Shown piece by piece: positions 11,176 through 24,850 of a stretch of 64,000 bases of DNA. Under the pieces are notes generated by a model. The model ran no database searches. It had not been told where the DNA came from and saw only the letters and a program-made list of their open reading frames with translations. Each line of letters opens with the position of its first letter. The first letter of the stretch is position 1. Made by a program: the position numbers and the translations under genes. This DNA is from Vicugna vicugna (lineage: Eukaryota), in assembly GCA_013265495.1 (NCBI GenBank), contig MU058836.1, forward strand, positions 372,001 to 436,000. Reading direction: 5' to 3'.

Positions 11176-13448
11176 TGGAGACAACTTTTAGATGAAAAAG
11201 AATTATATATATGTTTAATTTATTTATCTATCTATCTTTCTTTCTTTCTTTCTAATGAGTCTTCTGGAAGACAGTAGGGAAAAAAGAAATCTAACTCTAC
11301 TAATGGACTTTAGAGTACTTGTGGTCAGTTTTCCTGAAAGTAAAGAATGGTAAAGATGCCTTGGGAATGAGTTCCGTTTTTCTGTGTGATGGAGTTTAAT
11401 AGGGTCTAGTCCATCTGGGGCTCTTTCCTGGTGTTGAGATTTCTCGTTTAAGGTAACCTTCCTTATCTTCTTTGTGGTATGTGCCTTTATCAGACTTACA
11501 GTTCACTGCCTTATGGGACAGGACATTGACAAAGCTGTATTGAATGTTTTAAGTTGATGGCTGGGGAGCAGAGAGGCTATTTCACAATGCCACCCTCACA
11601 AATTAGGAAATATATAAGTAATGAACTCAGGGTACGAAGGATCTGACTTGAGTGTATGATTGGATGATTAGTCAATGGAAATGAAGAAAATTCTAAAGAA
11701 GTAGGGGGAAATATTTCCAGTGTCTGTCACTAAAACTTAGTGAACTGGGGGGAAAAAGAATCAGTGTCTGTGAGTGTGTGTGAAAGTACTTAACTTGTGA
11801 AGTTCACATATTTAGGAAATTGGTAGCTTTGAAAGAAACATTAGCTGAGTGTTGGTGACCTATTAATTGATTATGAAAAAAACAGAGAAGAAAGTAGATA
11901 ATGCTAGAAGAAAATTCCTCTTCTTGTGTGATATGCCAGGACATCTGGCAGATGTTTTGTTGGGCCCTAAGGAATGGACAGTTTAATTTTAGCCCTAGCA
12001 AGGAAATGGGAAGTTCTAAGCTCTTTTAATAGCACAAGTCTTAGTTTGGGGAAGGTTGCTTAAAAAAATAAGAAAGGGAGAGAAGAGAGGCATTTATTGT
12101 ACTATGAAAGAACTCCAAGGAACACTGAGATTAAGCTGAGGTTTTGGGGTGATGGACAAAAAATATCATTTCCCAAGTAGAAATTAACATAAAAATCATT
12201 TCAAACTTGACTACTTGGGAACACCATAAATGATGAATATTCAGGACTTTTAATAGTCAACGGGCAGATCTTCTCATCGAGAAGCTGGTTGTTTTGTGCC
12301 TTGGAGAGGTCATCTACTTCCTATCTCCCCTCCCCCTGTATTGTCATGGAGAGGAAATTGGCACAGGTCAGAAAGTTCATTTGTAACAAAGCCAGCCTAG
12401 AACTCAGGTCCGTGACTCCCATCAGGGGCCCTTTCCACTGCTCTCCTGCACCTGATTTGTAGCAGTTTGTGGAACACTTGCTCCCCTCTCCAGAGGGCGA
12501 GGCTGTCTGAGAAACTGTGAAAGCATAGGCTGCTGGGGCGGGAGGATTGATTTTTGTTGAGTTGAGTGTAGCACATCCGGGAGCCCAGGGCTGAGCATGG
12601 TCATTTGTAGAAGTGATGCGCTCCTGAGGCCAGCTTTGTTCGTGGGGCTTCCAGGCAAGTTTTTGCGCTCGGGTTTGTGTTTTTCTTCTCTCATTGTCCT
12701 CTCTTCTGTAGCTCTGTCATCTGGGACTGAGGCGTCCCTTTCAAATGCCCTCCTCTGGAAGTTGGTCTGGGTTGATTGCGACTTACCAGAGTGCCCACAA
12801 TTGGACTCTGAGGATCTGTTTTGCAACGTGGTGAAGGTTGAAATTGGCTTCTTTCAGAGATGCCATTTTGTAATACTGATGAATGGCCGGCCAAGAGAGT
12901 GAAATCCAGTCGAAAATGATGACTGGTGCTTTTCCAGTGTTCAGGACTCATCCAAAAATGTGCCCTCTATGTAGCTTCTTGAGGCCCAATTCTCTTCTTG
13001 CAGACCAATGGCTAGCTATTTCCCAGGCCCCCATGTATGGGAAGTCATCCTTAAAATGACTTTTGAACAGCACGAGCAACGTGTAACCATGAGAAACATG
13101 GTGCTTTAAGAAGGGAGATAGTGGGCTTCCATTTCTGATTCCTCTTGGACAAGTGAAAGTAAGTTTGTGAAGAAGAAGAGTGATGTTTGGAAGTTTCCAC
13201 ATTTTCGAAGCTTCTTCCAAACTAAAGCATAAATTCTTAATCCGGGAGGCAGTCTAGAGAAGGTAGCGCGGGATGTGGACTTCTGGCAGAAACACAGTTA
13301 ACGCTATAAACAGTTGGACCTCAGTGTGGCACTCCTCCAGATGAGTTGACTGTCGAAAATAAAATGTTCCAGAAGAACTGGGAGAACAGGAAAGAAGTTA
13401 AAACAGCATGGTTTGCATGCCAGTACTGATGGAAGAAAAAAAAAAAAA

Positions 13449-13542
13449 NNNNNNNNNNNNNNNNNNNNNNNNNNNNNNNNNNNNNNNNNNNNNNNNNNNN
13501 NNNNNNNNNNNNNNNNNNNNNNNNNNNNNNNNNNNNNNNNNN
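13449..13542. other. Assembly gap (94 N)
   Basis: N run between poly-A and G-rich sequence. Confidence 1.
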
Positions 13543-13813
13543 GCAGGGTGGGGTGGGGGGGCTGGCGGGGGTATTGGAGAGAAGATAATCCCAAATTGAA
13601 CTGACTCTGGGATTTATAAAACCCAGGAGGAGACGTTTCCAAGTGAGGGAGAATGGATTTTTATGAATCTAGGTTGCATTTGCAGTATATTAGGAAGCTC
13701 TTTTGAATCTCTTGTCCCCTTGAACTTTGTCTCCAGAGAACTGCACATGCTGATAAATAGAAAGTCAATTGGAAGCACCTTGGGTTTACATTTGCTTCTT
13801 GGAAATGCCATTT

Positions 13814-13910
13814 CTTCTTTTTTTTTTTTTTTAGGTGGAGGTCCTGGGGATTGAACCCAGGGCCTTGTGCATGCTAAGCATGAGCTCTACCACTGAGCTA
13901 TGCCTTCCCC
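13814..13910 (-). mobile_element. Camelid-type tRNA-derived SINE (Vic-1-like), short-tail form
   Basis: Reverse strand reads GGGGAAGGCATAGCTCAGTGGTAGAG...GGGTTCAATCCCCAG (A and B boxes) followed by poly-A. Degenerate TSD tggaaatgccattt / tggaaacgctattt. Confidence 0.88.
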
Positions 13911-14593
13911 TCTATCTGTTTGGAAACGCTATTTTAAATGGTGTCTACTTTCTAAGGGATCCTGTCCTTGTCAGATGATGCTTACGTAAGATTTTTAGGC
14001 TTGGGATGTGTGGCTCCAACACCAAGCGAGTTTTTTTCAGGGCTTGGAAGGAGGAGAGGTAGAGTACTGTGGGGTGCCAGTAATGGTCACCTGCAGATGC
14101 ACTGTCTTAATTCTGATGAGTAGATGACTTGGTGTCTTCAAAGCATTCTTGCCTAACTCCTAGCTGGAGACATTTTTTCTTGAGTTATTCTTGGAGGGAA
14201 GGCGTCTTTTTGTGCCAGGTCATGGGTATTTTGGTATTGATTTCCTTGCTTTCATGTGTTTGCTTGTTTAGTTCACTGCGTGTTGCTTCTGGATATTAAT
14301 AAACCACGTGGGCCGGGTCTGTCCGCAGCTTACCCGCAACTTCATGCGAAGAGCGGAGCCTGCTCTTGAGGGTGCAGGGAAGGCGGGTAGGTGCTTATTT
14401 GTTCAACAAATAAATGCCTGATGATGAAGGCTGCTGAATTCAGGAAGTTACTTGCCAGGTTTTCGAGTAGACCTTTAACAGAAGAAAGATGGGGGAAATT
14501 CCACTAGGAACCAGAGGATCCTGCTTAAAATGTTTTAGGATCACCTAATAGGAAATGAAGCATTTGTCCAAGATGAGAAAAGACTTACCTTTG

Positions 14594-14707
14594 TTTTTTG
14601 TTTTGTTTCTGGGGTGGAGGGGGGATAATTAGGTTGTTTGTTTATTTGTTTAAATGGAGGTACTGGGGGACACACCACTCTATACCTCTGAGCTGTACCC
14701 TCCTCCC
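14594..14707 (-). mobile_element. Vic-1-like SINE with internal deletion removing the B-box region
   Basis: Perfect 12-bp TSD GACTTACCTTTG at 14582-14593 and 14708-14719; head and tail match the other copies. Confidence 0.82.
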
Positions 14708-16664
14708 GACTTACCTTTGGATTCAGATTGGTTTGAGCACAGAAGGAGCTGGAGGCCCAGGCGAGACGACTGTGTCAGAAGGAATTAAGCCCAGGATTTG
14801 TGGAGAGGCTTAGCTGCTACAGGGCCCAGCTGGGGAAGGCCAGACTCACTCCCTAAGCCCTCGTCTGGCCAGTTGAACCAGAACGCGCGCTAAGGCCTTC
14901 ACATTTTGGAATTCTCTTCCCTCTTCAGATTTAAGAAGGGAAAGTCAATTCTCCTTCAGTTTTGCTCATGTCAGCTGAGTGCTTTTCTCTTGAGCTGGGA
15001 GATGGAGGGGGTCGGGGGGCAAGGGAATGGGAGCTGGAGCTCCTCTGAGGGCACATTGTCCCTTTTAACACTAGAGTGTGTGCCGAGAACGTCGTACTGA
15101 TTAGTTAGAAGCTAATTGTGCAGTGGCACGACGTGGGCCACTTCAAGGATGCTGGCCGCACAAAAGTTCCAATACTCACCTGCCGATTAAGAAATGGGTT
15201 TCTAAACCATCTCATTTCTATTGCTAATGAAAAGCTTTGGAAGGCACCTGTGAATCAGCTCCAGCTGCTCTCGTGGTAGGGAAGTTAGGCCTTGAAAGGA
15301 TACACGGATTAGCTCGTCAGAAAAGCAAACAGTAGCATCAGCACAAGTAGAAAATAGACAGGGTTGTTAAGCTAACAGAAAAGTAGGCTGCAGCATTGTC
15401 ACTGCTGTGGTGGGAATTCGCTGGGAAGGAGAGGCGGCTCGGATGGGAGAAGGAGAAGAAGAGGGGCAGGGGGATGATGGACAAGTCGAAATAGAAGAGG
15501 TCTGTCCACTGGGAAGAGCCCACCAACAGGAAGAAAGGCGTTGCTTTTACGAGAACAGTAAAGCAAGTGGAAACAGACCTTGTAATTTGGTCCGTATTGT
15601 GTGTGAAATATGAAGACCAGGGCTCAGACCCACAGTCTCTGGTCAGTTCTTACTGTAAGAAAGTAAGTTGGGCTCGGAAGGCAATGTATGTGACTTAGGG
15701 GTTATAAATACGGCATTGCTGACCCAGGGCGGATGGAAACTTGAAGGAGTTGGTTAAGTAGGCCTAGGCGGAGGTTTTCCTGGAGAAAGAAAGGAGTGGA
15801 GAATAGAGCGCAGCAGAAAATACCTGCATTATTAATGGGCTGAACATGCGATCGTCCTCTCTAAGGCTCTCCATAGAGCATCTCCACCTCAGCTCCGGGT
15901 ATGAGCAGTGAGGACTGGAGATGTGCGTGCTTCAGAGGGGACAGGGTAGACCATGATGACTACCTGCTGTCCAGTTTGGGATTAAGCCCTTTGCTGGAGC
16001 CTGGCATCACACGTTGGTCTGTCAGTCCAGTCCTGGCATTTTAAAATCCAAAATAAAAGCCAGTGGTCCAGAGTGTTAGCCATTCTAATCCCGAGTTACA
16101 TCATCCCTCTGTGTTGTGACCAGTTAGCCATCAAGCAGTCATCACTCAACCCAGACTGGACCTGATCTGGGGGTCCTCCATCGGGGGTAAAATTTGAACA
16201 CTGGGTTAGAGGCTTCAAGATGGCCAAAAAGTGGATACCAGCCAGAGACCCTGTAATAATTTTAATCACAAGTGCCTAGTACCCGGAAACTTTTCAATGG
16301 TTCGTATTTTAAGTGGTCTTCTCTGAAGACTGTTAATTAATATTGAATAATGACAACTGGGAAGGGGATCTGTAGGGAAGAGACCGTTTATTTCCATTTG
16401 AATGTCAGAGTTCAGCAGCAAGAACATGTCCCCCTCATTCTGCTGAGTATTGTCGCCTCCTGATACTCTGTAAGAATACCTTCCAGAAGGAGATGAAATG
16501 TTATTGCTTCATCAGAAAATTCTGCCAGCTCCTCTATAGAGTGGGACTATCACGTAAACCTTTAACAAAATGCTATTTCCCCTCTTGGAGTGACTCACAG
16601 TTAATATTAATACTCGACAACATTTTTTTTTTAACATTTCAAATGAGCCAGGGACTGTTCCTGT

Positions 16665-16770
16665 GGTAGAGAAAACTGAGGCTTGGGGAGGTAAAGTAAT
16701 TTACCCAAGTTCGTGGAGCTGTGAAATGGGGAGCCAGGATGCACACGCAGGGGGACTACCTCCTGGCTCT
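16665..16770 (-). mobile_element. MIR core
   Basis: GAGAAAACTGAGGCTTGGGGAGGTAAAGTAATTTACCCAAG. Confidence 0.7.
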
Positions 16771-19700
16771 CAGCTGGTGGGAACTGGCCTTGGTTATTAC
16801 TTAGGATGCTAATAGCGTATGTTCCTGATGGTTTATCTCTTCCAGTTGCTTATGCCAGGAGTATATCCTGGTGTTCTGGAAGGAAATCTGAGCTTAATGG
16901 AAAATTAATTGTAATATATTAGTTGATGTGAGAGATATAACTTATTGTAATAGCTTGACAAAGTGTTTAACTAAAGAGTGCCCTCTCTTTGTTCGTCTGA
17001 GTTACAGAGATGGTGGGGTGGGGGGAGAAAAAGCCCAAGAGACCATGGAGGGGGAAATTTAGAGAATAAGTATTTTAAAATTGTACTGTATCAGGCTCAG
17101 TAGTGTAAAGTAGTCACACATGTGGATATTGAAAAAGCATCTTCCTGTTACGAGCAGAAAGATAATGCTGTGTGACTTTTTTTTTTAAGTAGAGGGTGGT
17201 TCTTTCTTCTTTCTTAGGGCCTCTTTTGAAAGTCTCAGTGCCCTGTATTGGCTCTGGTAACTCTTAAGCACGAGAAATGTTTTCAGAAGCCACACAGACA
17301 GATTTGAAAATTAGTTCCACTGTCTAAGGGTCATTTTGGGAAAAGAGCGCAGATACTGTCCAAAGCATGGGTGCTAATAGCCCCCACGCCCTCCGGGATG
17401 ACCATGTGCTCTGTTTAGATCATGGAGACATGATGAATGTTTTGGTTTTATTTGCCTCTCCCTGAAACATCACAGTACAGTAAGGAAGCTGTTGTTCGTG
17501 GATGACCACAAATGCCCTTAATAGAGTAACAAGCTGTACTAAGGGAGCTGGAGCAGGTCCAAATATCCCTACGATATCCAGGACAGTAGCTTTTCTGTAA
17601 GGCAGGCGGTCGAGCATCAGTTGCCCAGTAGACTATTTAACCTCCAAGCAAAGAGTGGTGGTTTTATAAAGTCTTAACTTTGCTATGATGTGTTCAGGTG
17701 ATTGCCTGTCCCTCGATAGACTCAGTACCCAAAACCTGGATAGGAGGATAAGCTTGTGTCCTGTGAGTGTTTCAGAGGAGGTTGTAAAGTTACCCATCTT
17801 TACCTGTCATCCACATCACTATCTACCAAACTCATCAAAACCATTGTTTTCTTAGACAAAGCCCTTTAATGGGAAAAAGGTTCAGAAAAAAATAACTACT
17901 TAGTTGAATAGGGTAAAATTGAACTCTACCAAAGCCTGCGGTTCTGCGGGTGAAATTTCTTATATAAATTTTAACCTTAGCTATAGGGACTCTCTTTAAC
18001 CTTAGCTATATATAGTGCCTAGCCATCTAAGAAGCTCCCTGAGCCCAGCCTGTCTCAAAGACTGGTCCTTAACATGTTTCTTAACTCTTCCTTTTAATTC
18101 TTTGAAGAGACGTCTACCCCAGGCTACCCTTAGGAGCTTTGCAGAAAGTGTAGGGGAATTGGGTCAACATCTCTTTGTGGGTGCAGTGACATCCACTTGG
18201 GAAAGGACATTGAATTTGAGGATACACTCAACATGAGAGGCAGGATAGGAGAGGGAGCCATAGGGTGTGTCCAAGGAGGCAAATGTATAAAGTTTCTGTA
18301 CTTAGGGGTGGGTGGGGGAATCCCCCCTTATACCGAAAAGAAAAGAAAATCACTTCTTCAAAGACAGACTGCATTATTATGTGAAAAAGCACATTGCCTG
18401 GATCGCATAGAATAGCACGCGTTCAAGAAAGCAGACCTGTATCCTTACTCGTGTGGACATCCTCATCATTCTTTCCAGCTTTCCCCAGGGCATTGCCTCT
18501 CATCAGTCATTTTAGGGGGCTGAGCAGTGAGGTCAGCTGCCCCTGAAATTCATCCCCACCCCTTGGTTGGCTCAGGTGCCTGAATCCCTCACTCCTTTTT
18601 TTCTCTGACCAGTGGCTGTAGCTTGTTCATAATGAACGAACATCACCCATAGGTCCTGAAATTAGCAAGTGTTAAATGTTATGTGATTATTAGGGGGGAA
18701 ACAAGATAATCTAGTCAGTGGGCTTAATTAAGTTGTGATCGCCCAATTGCTGCTTGATGATAATTATATTCATAACCCCGTTTCTAGACGTCAACTACAA
18801 TTATCAAAATTGACCCCAGCACAGGTAAGTGTTAGCGATCTTCCTTGAAACAGCTTCTGAACGGTGCATTTCCAGTGTTCCCACTACATTCCTCATGGTC
18901 CTTTTTCCTTTCTTGGCCACCTTTCCATCATCTTTTCCCTCATGTTGGTAGAAAGGTGTGTGGCAGCATTACCTCACCTTGTCTGTGACCATGCACATTT
19001 TATATAGCTTGTATTACTGTCTACAGAAAAATAAATTCCTAAGTTTTTAAAAGTTCAGATATGGATGAAAGGCATTCATAAAGCAGCACATGGGAATCTC
19101 AAAGCCGAAAAATCCAAAATCGGCTAGATTTTTTTTTTCCCCCTCGGTACGTGACACCTGTTCAGTAGATTTACTGTGATTCATTTGAATACATCTTTTA
19201 CTTTATAAGGCATAGTCTTAGAATGAAAAAGAGTGTCATCGGGGTTTAAGATACTGCCTTATCAACAGGATCATTAAGGTCTGAGAAATATAGAATGAGG
19301 GCTTTTAACTTTCTGTGACCCCCTCCTTTTTTCCAAATTCATGACATTTGCTGCCGATGTATTCTAGGAGAAAAAGAACACGTCACTGCGGGGGCCATCC
19401 TCTACTGTTATCTCTCAGACGAAGTCAGTGATTTCTAGGAAATATAAACAACAACCTGTATCAGAAGTGGATACGTCAGTGTGACACTGTGAATCACTGG
19501 GCCAGATTGTCACTTGGCAGCCTTCCCTTTCTGACATGCAGTTATAGTGCAATTAAAATGTGCACACCATGGCTAAACTTCATTGCAGTTGAACTGTTTG
19601 AAGAACAATGAGGAACTCGGCTACTATATCTATGGGAATATGGGTGTGTGTGTGTATGTGTTCACGGGTAAACTTGTTTAAGTGTGTAAATATCTTTTAG

Positions 19701-19819
19701 ATAGATAGACTCTCGCTGGGAGAAGGCACTTACTTTTGGCTGAAGCATCAGGCATGCAGATTTCTCAGAATTTCTGTGTGAACATGGAGTTCTTTGTGCT
19801 GGGGTCTTTTAGGAAAGTG

Positions 19820-20165
19820 GTGTGTAGTGGGTGGAGCATATTCTGGGTCTTGCACAGTCACAGGATAAAATCTGTCTCTGTTCCTTCCTAGCTGTGTGAC
19901 CTTGAATAAATCACTTAACCTCTCTGTTCCGACGAGGTCCTACCCAATGAAATGGGGATAATGATATGAATCTGTAGAACTAGCATAAGGACCAAAATGT
20001 CTTATGTGTATAAGGGTTCTGGTTCATAATGGGCACTGGAAAAATGATAGTGTCTGTCTTCGTCACGGATAAAGAAACTGAGGTTGACATCTGTACGGAG
20101 GGCTTTACCAGATGTGAATTGTGTTGTCCTAGGTCTTAGACTCTGTGTTTTAATTTTGTGCCACA
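19820..20165. mobile_element. Two adjacent MIRs in opposite orientation
   Basis: Core GCTGTGTGACCTTGAATAAATCACTTAACCTCTCTG...AATGGGGATAAT on +, then GATAAAGAAACTGAGG on -. Confidence 0.7.
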
Positions 20166-23100
20166 TCTGTCTTATCTGATGAGCAGTCCTCATTGCTGTT
20201 GTCCATTCGCAGGTAGACTTTTCCAGATTGTGAGCCTCTGGGCTGGTTGGCTGTGGGCCGCACAGCATTCCACACCTGCGTGTGTGTTCAGTAGGGGTTT
20301 GTAAACCACCTGAGGGTGATGCCCTGTCCTCTTGGAAAAGGACATGACACCAAAGCCTGTCCCCACTTTGCAGAGATATTCCCTGCAGCGCTGTGGGGCT
20401 AATTTTCGATCAACGTGAACTTCTTTGAGCTTTTGGGAAGAAAGATACTACTCTTCCTCTTGCTTGGTATCGTTCTGGCAAAGATGATTCGTCTAAGAGC
20501 CCTGTATTTATTCAGCGAAAATCCGGGCCCTGCTGTTTTATATAAAGGTTGGTTGCCTCTTTTATGGTTTTATTCGTATACGTAGCCCCGAGCCAGTTTG
20601 AGGGCTGTCCTGTGGCCTTGCTTGGAATTGCTTTGGTCTTCTCTGTGCAAATGTTTATTTTAATAGCCCATGTCCACTTGGTCTTACTAATGTACTGTAA
20701 TATCAGATGCTTAGAGATCTCACGGGTAAGGAGGCTAATTTTAGAATGCCTTCAGGGTAGATGATATTTCAAAATGTGGAAGGGCGTGGGTAGGGCCTGA
20801 CAGGACCTACCTAACCTTGTCTGCTCCAAGTCAGAAGAACATTCATTGGTGGCTCTTTGATGGCAGCGTGGTGGTGGCGGTGGCAGTGGTGGTGTTGGTT
20901 GCAGAGGGGAAGAACGCATAAGTGGTTCTTTGGTGACCCAGCAAAGTGATTTCTCACCTTTCAGAGCAGATGACCCACAAGGGCTTTTCTCTTTATTTTT
21001 ACGTTTTGAACATTTCCAGAGAGACGAGGGGAATCCGCGGAATTTTTTTTAAATTCTCAAATAACCTTTATAGTCGCCGCTTTAAAATTGTGGCCAGAGA
21101 TATTTTAAGAGAGAAGAAGAAGAGAGCTTGCATTTATTTCTTTACCAGCGTTGAGATCTCTAGGTTGATCTCAAGGGAGGGATCTTTGGTCTCAAAGGGT
21201 GGACCCCAAAATGAAAGGAGTGGAGGTGGTCGTGGTTATAATAATGTGGAATGCCCTCAGTAAGATGAGAAATGCGGGAAGAAACAGCCGATGCTGTAAC
21301 TGGGACTGACTAGGCTGCCAGGAAAGCTCTGAGAGTGGAAAGATTTTAACAGCCAGCTCTCAGGAAGGGTGGATTTGGGGACGCCACCTTCCCAGGTGTT
21401 CGATTCTTTACAGATGGTAAGATCCTTCCTTATCTGTGACTACAAGGTGGTCGAAAAGTGATTGGCTTAACTTTGTGTCAAGTTCCTAATGTGCTCCTGG
21501 CCTCAAGTTTATCTTGAAAATGGAATTCCATCTGTGATGAAGGCTGCTCAGAGGCATAATGTATGTAAAACACCCAGCTCAGTAAACGGCCACCTCTGCA
21601 AGTTTATTTGCAATCAGCCATTAGGGGCCATCCCCTGCCTCGGGTGCAGACAGCTTGCCCCTTGCCATTTATTTGCCGCCTGGCTTTATACTCCTAGTTA
21701 GTAGTTAGTTGTGGGATGATGATAGAGTCGGAAAGAATTTAGTGTCTTCGCTCTCATAAAACGTGTTTTATAGATGCTGTTATATTAAAGAAATACGTGC
21801 CCATTCATCTCTATTCATTCATCCAACATTTATTGAGCGCCCGGCGCGCCTGCCGTGTGCCTAGGTGGTCGAACCCAGGGGAGGTGGGATCTTTCTTCCA
21901 GTTGAGATTGGGTCTTTGTTTCGGTAATTGGAGCGATTCTGATGGAGATGGCTGTCTTTAACCACATTTAAATGAGCCAGAGGGCGGTGAACCCTGGCTT
22001 GAGGCAGTGGGACGCAGATTCCTCTTCAGATGCGTGTGTTTCTGCATCTTTGTGTGTATATATTTACGGCATAATTTGCTAACCGTGTAGTTAATACTGC
22101 TGGGGTGCGGAATCTGGCAGATCATTTAAATATTTACTCCAAAATCTCTTGTTCTTTGTTGGTGTGAAGTAGAGTTTCCAGTTATTTTTAGGTCATTTTC
22201 ATCTTAGCAACCCTGTTGGAGATGAACCAGACACACTGCTGTAAACTGTCCCCACATTTTGATAGAATTTAATAAAGTCAAGTTGAATGGTTTGGTCCCT
22301 AGAGGCAAACAGACCATCTGGTTAGCAGAAGGGTTAGGTCGAGGATTGCTTGGCTGCTCAGAGGGCCACACACTGGCCCCGACGCACTGGTAATATGTCC
22401 AGTGGCTGAATGCACTGAGCATGGAAATGGTGCTTTCAAGTCTGCCGAGCCAGCAGTTCTGTTACCACCGCTGTGACGCAGGAGATAATTCAGCTGGGCA
22501 GGCGGCAGCATGGGGGTGGATCTACAGTACAGGATGTGTAATGTCAACATGAAGGATTGGAGCTGGCAGAAAGAAGGGAAGCACTCATTTCGTGCCAGTG
22601 CAGGAAGCCTAGAGAGATGCTTGCCGCCCCCCTACCTCCCCTTTGCATCTCGTCCTCTTCTGGGTCTTCCCCATGATGTGTTAAATGATTACCTTGTGCA
22701 CCGTCCATGGCAAAACTTCAGCTGATTTTCTGCCTCTTTTGGAACCTGTCAGCATAAACAGAGTGAACCACATTCCTTACCCATGGAGGGCAGGCAAAGG
22801 CAGTTGTTCTCGGCACAGCCTGGGAGGAGGAGAGAGGGCTTTGGTTAGGCAGGAGTGTCTTTGCGCTGGAGATGGAATCCCATTGTACGTCCCTTTGTGT
22901 TCAGATTTGAGATCGGCCATCCGTTCAAAGGCTGCAATCATCCCGACACATTGTGCTGCAGCTGTGGACAGGAGAAGGCTGCAGAATGGTTCCAGGGATT
23001 CTGCAGAAGCTTGGCAATTACATAATTGCTATGTAACTGGAGAGACCATCAGGATGGTCGCGTTCTCCTGGAAAGAAAGCCTCTACAGTTGGAGGGGTAG

Positions 23101-24639
23101 ATTGTTTTCCCTTGTGAAACCTGACAGCTGATGAGCAAGTACATCAAGCCACCAGGCTGGAACCGGGTCCTCTCACGGGCATGAGAGGGCACGAAATTCA
23201 CAAGTACACTTGGCTGGACACTCAGTGGACTTCACAGCTGTGTTAAAGGGAGAGAGAAGGAGAGAGAGCAACTCACTGACTCTTGGAAAAGTGGATTCTC
23301 AGATCGGTTGATCATGCTGTTTGACTTGTTTCTAGTATCTGGGACTGCGTTCTGTATGCATTCGAAGCATGGTCTTCCAGTCCCCCATCGCTAGGAAGGG
23401 TACCCGTGGAGTTGCACTTGGACATTGGAGTTGCCCTCTGTTTCTGCTGCCTGCTCCGAAGGGTTTCACAGCCTCTCTTGAATGAACACTCCCAGATGCG
23501 GATCAGCGGAAGCCCTGCGAGGCCTGACTGTCATCAGCTGTTCCTAAACGCTGCCGTCCTTTGGGTGTCAGCCCCGGGGGCAGTGCGTCGGCAGCCCCGG
23601 GGCTGGAGCAGACTGGACAGTTTGTCTGGGAAGACCTCACAGCGCAGGAATGAATCCCTTCTTTCAGCCACCTTACCACTTGTTTGCCCTCGTTGAGAAA
23701 ATTTTGAGGTGGAGGTGGTTAAATGTAGGCACTGGGGTTGCATGAAACTGGTCAGAAACCCAGGCTCCAAGTTTCAGCAGATACGAAGCAGTCACCTCAA
23801 ATTAGCCACACCTCGTAACCCGAGTGAGGGCTTTCTGTTTGTTTATGTTAAGGAGCTCTAAATTTCCGCAATCCTGCCTCTCTGGGCTGGGTTTCGTGGA
23901 GCTGGTAGAGTAGAAAGAGTGGTTGTTGGGGTACATTTTTATTAATGGCCTAAATTGGACCTTTCATAACTGCGATATTCATCTGTGCTTCTCTGTGTAA
24001 ATGTGTTTGTTGTCAGAACTTCAGTAGAAGGGAAAGTTACACATGGTGGCTCCTTTGTGAATTAAAGAGGAGCAGCCAGCAGGCAGTATGAGGACTTGGC
24101 CTTCCAAAGTGGATTAGGTCCAGAGATTCCTAGACCTTTTACCTTTAGACCTCTCCTTTACTCTGTAGCCCCTGGGGTTTAATGCTGAGTTTGACGGATG
24201 GAAATAGTTTCTCTAAGAAGTTTGATTCCTATGCAACGATACTGGTGGGTTTTCAAGGAGCCGGCCTGTTTCAGCCCTGAGCTTTTATTTTGGAGCAATC
24301 TGGAGGGGTATAGGATCTCCCGTGGTGACCCTTGCCTGCGTCATCCCAGGCCGGCCTTGGCATGCTCCAGCAGATGAGTAAGGGCGAGGGCAATTGGCAG
24401 GAGGACTGGCTGAGTTCATCTTGCTTCATATCTCAGGAACTGGCCTGACCTTGTTCCATCACTCGTGCTTGGGCACGCGGAGAAACACTGGACCGTCTTT
24501 CAAGGGTCCTGGAGATTGTCTTGGGAGCGGCGTGCTCTCATATTGGAAAGGAACACGGGACTCTTATGGTGGAGACCACATAGAAGGGAATCTTGCTATC
24601 AGTGTTGGGAGACCCGTGAAGACCTTGGCAGTGAGGGTC

Positions 24640-24850
24640 CTGGTATGTAGTGGAAAGAACATAGACCTCAGAGCCAGTGAGTAGCTGTGTGACCTTGAGT
24701 GAATGATTTCATCTCTGATCCTCAATTTCCTTATCTGGGGGAAAAAAAAAACAACTCCTTTATAAGCTTCCTGTGGGGAATAAATAATATCACAAATGTA
24801 AATCTCTGGTGCAGAGCCTGATAAATTGTGGCCACATAAAAAATGCAAAT
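24640..24850 (+). mobile_element. MIR
   Basis: Core GCTGTGTGACCTTGAGTGAATGATTTCATCTCTGATCCTCAATTTCCTTATCTG. Confidence 0.75.

Noticed and set aside
13304..13642. ORFs spanning N runs (also 32923-33240)
   Set aside because: Artefacts of the assembly gaps.
21385..21425. Possible micro-exon (cccag|...ATG|gtaaga)
   Set aside because: Such splice-like motifs are expected by chance in 52 kb and there is no other support.
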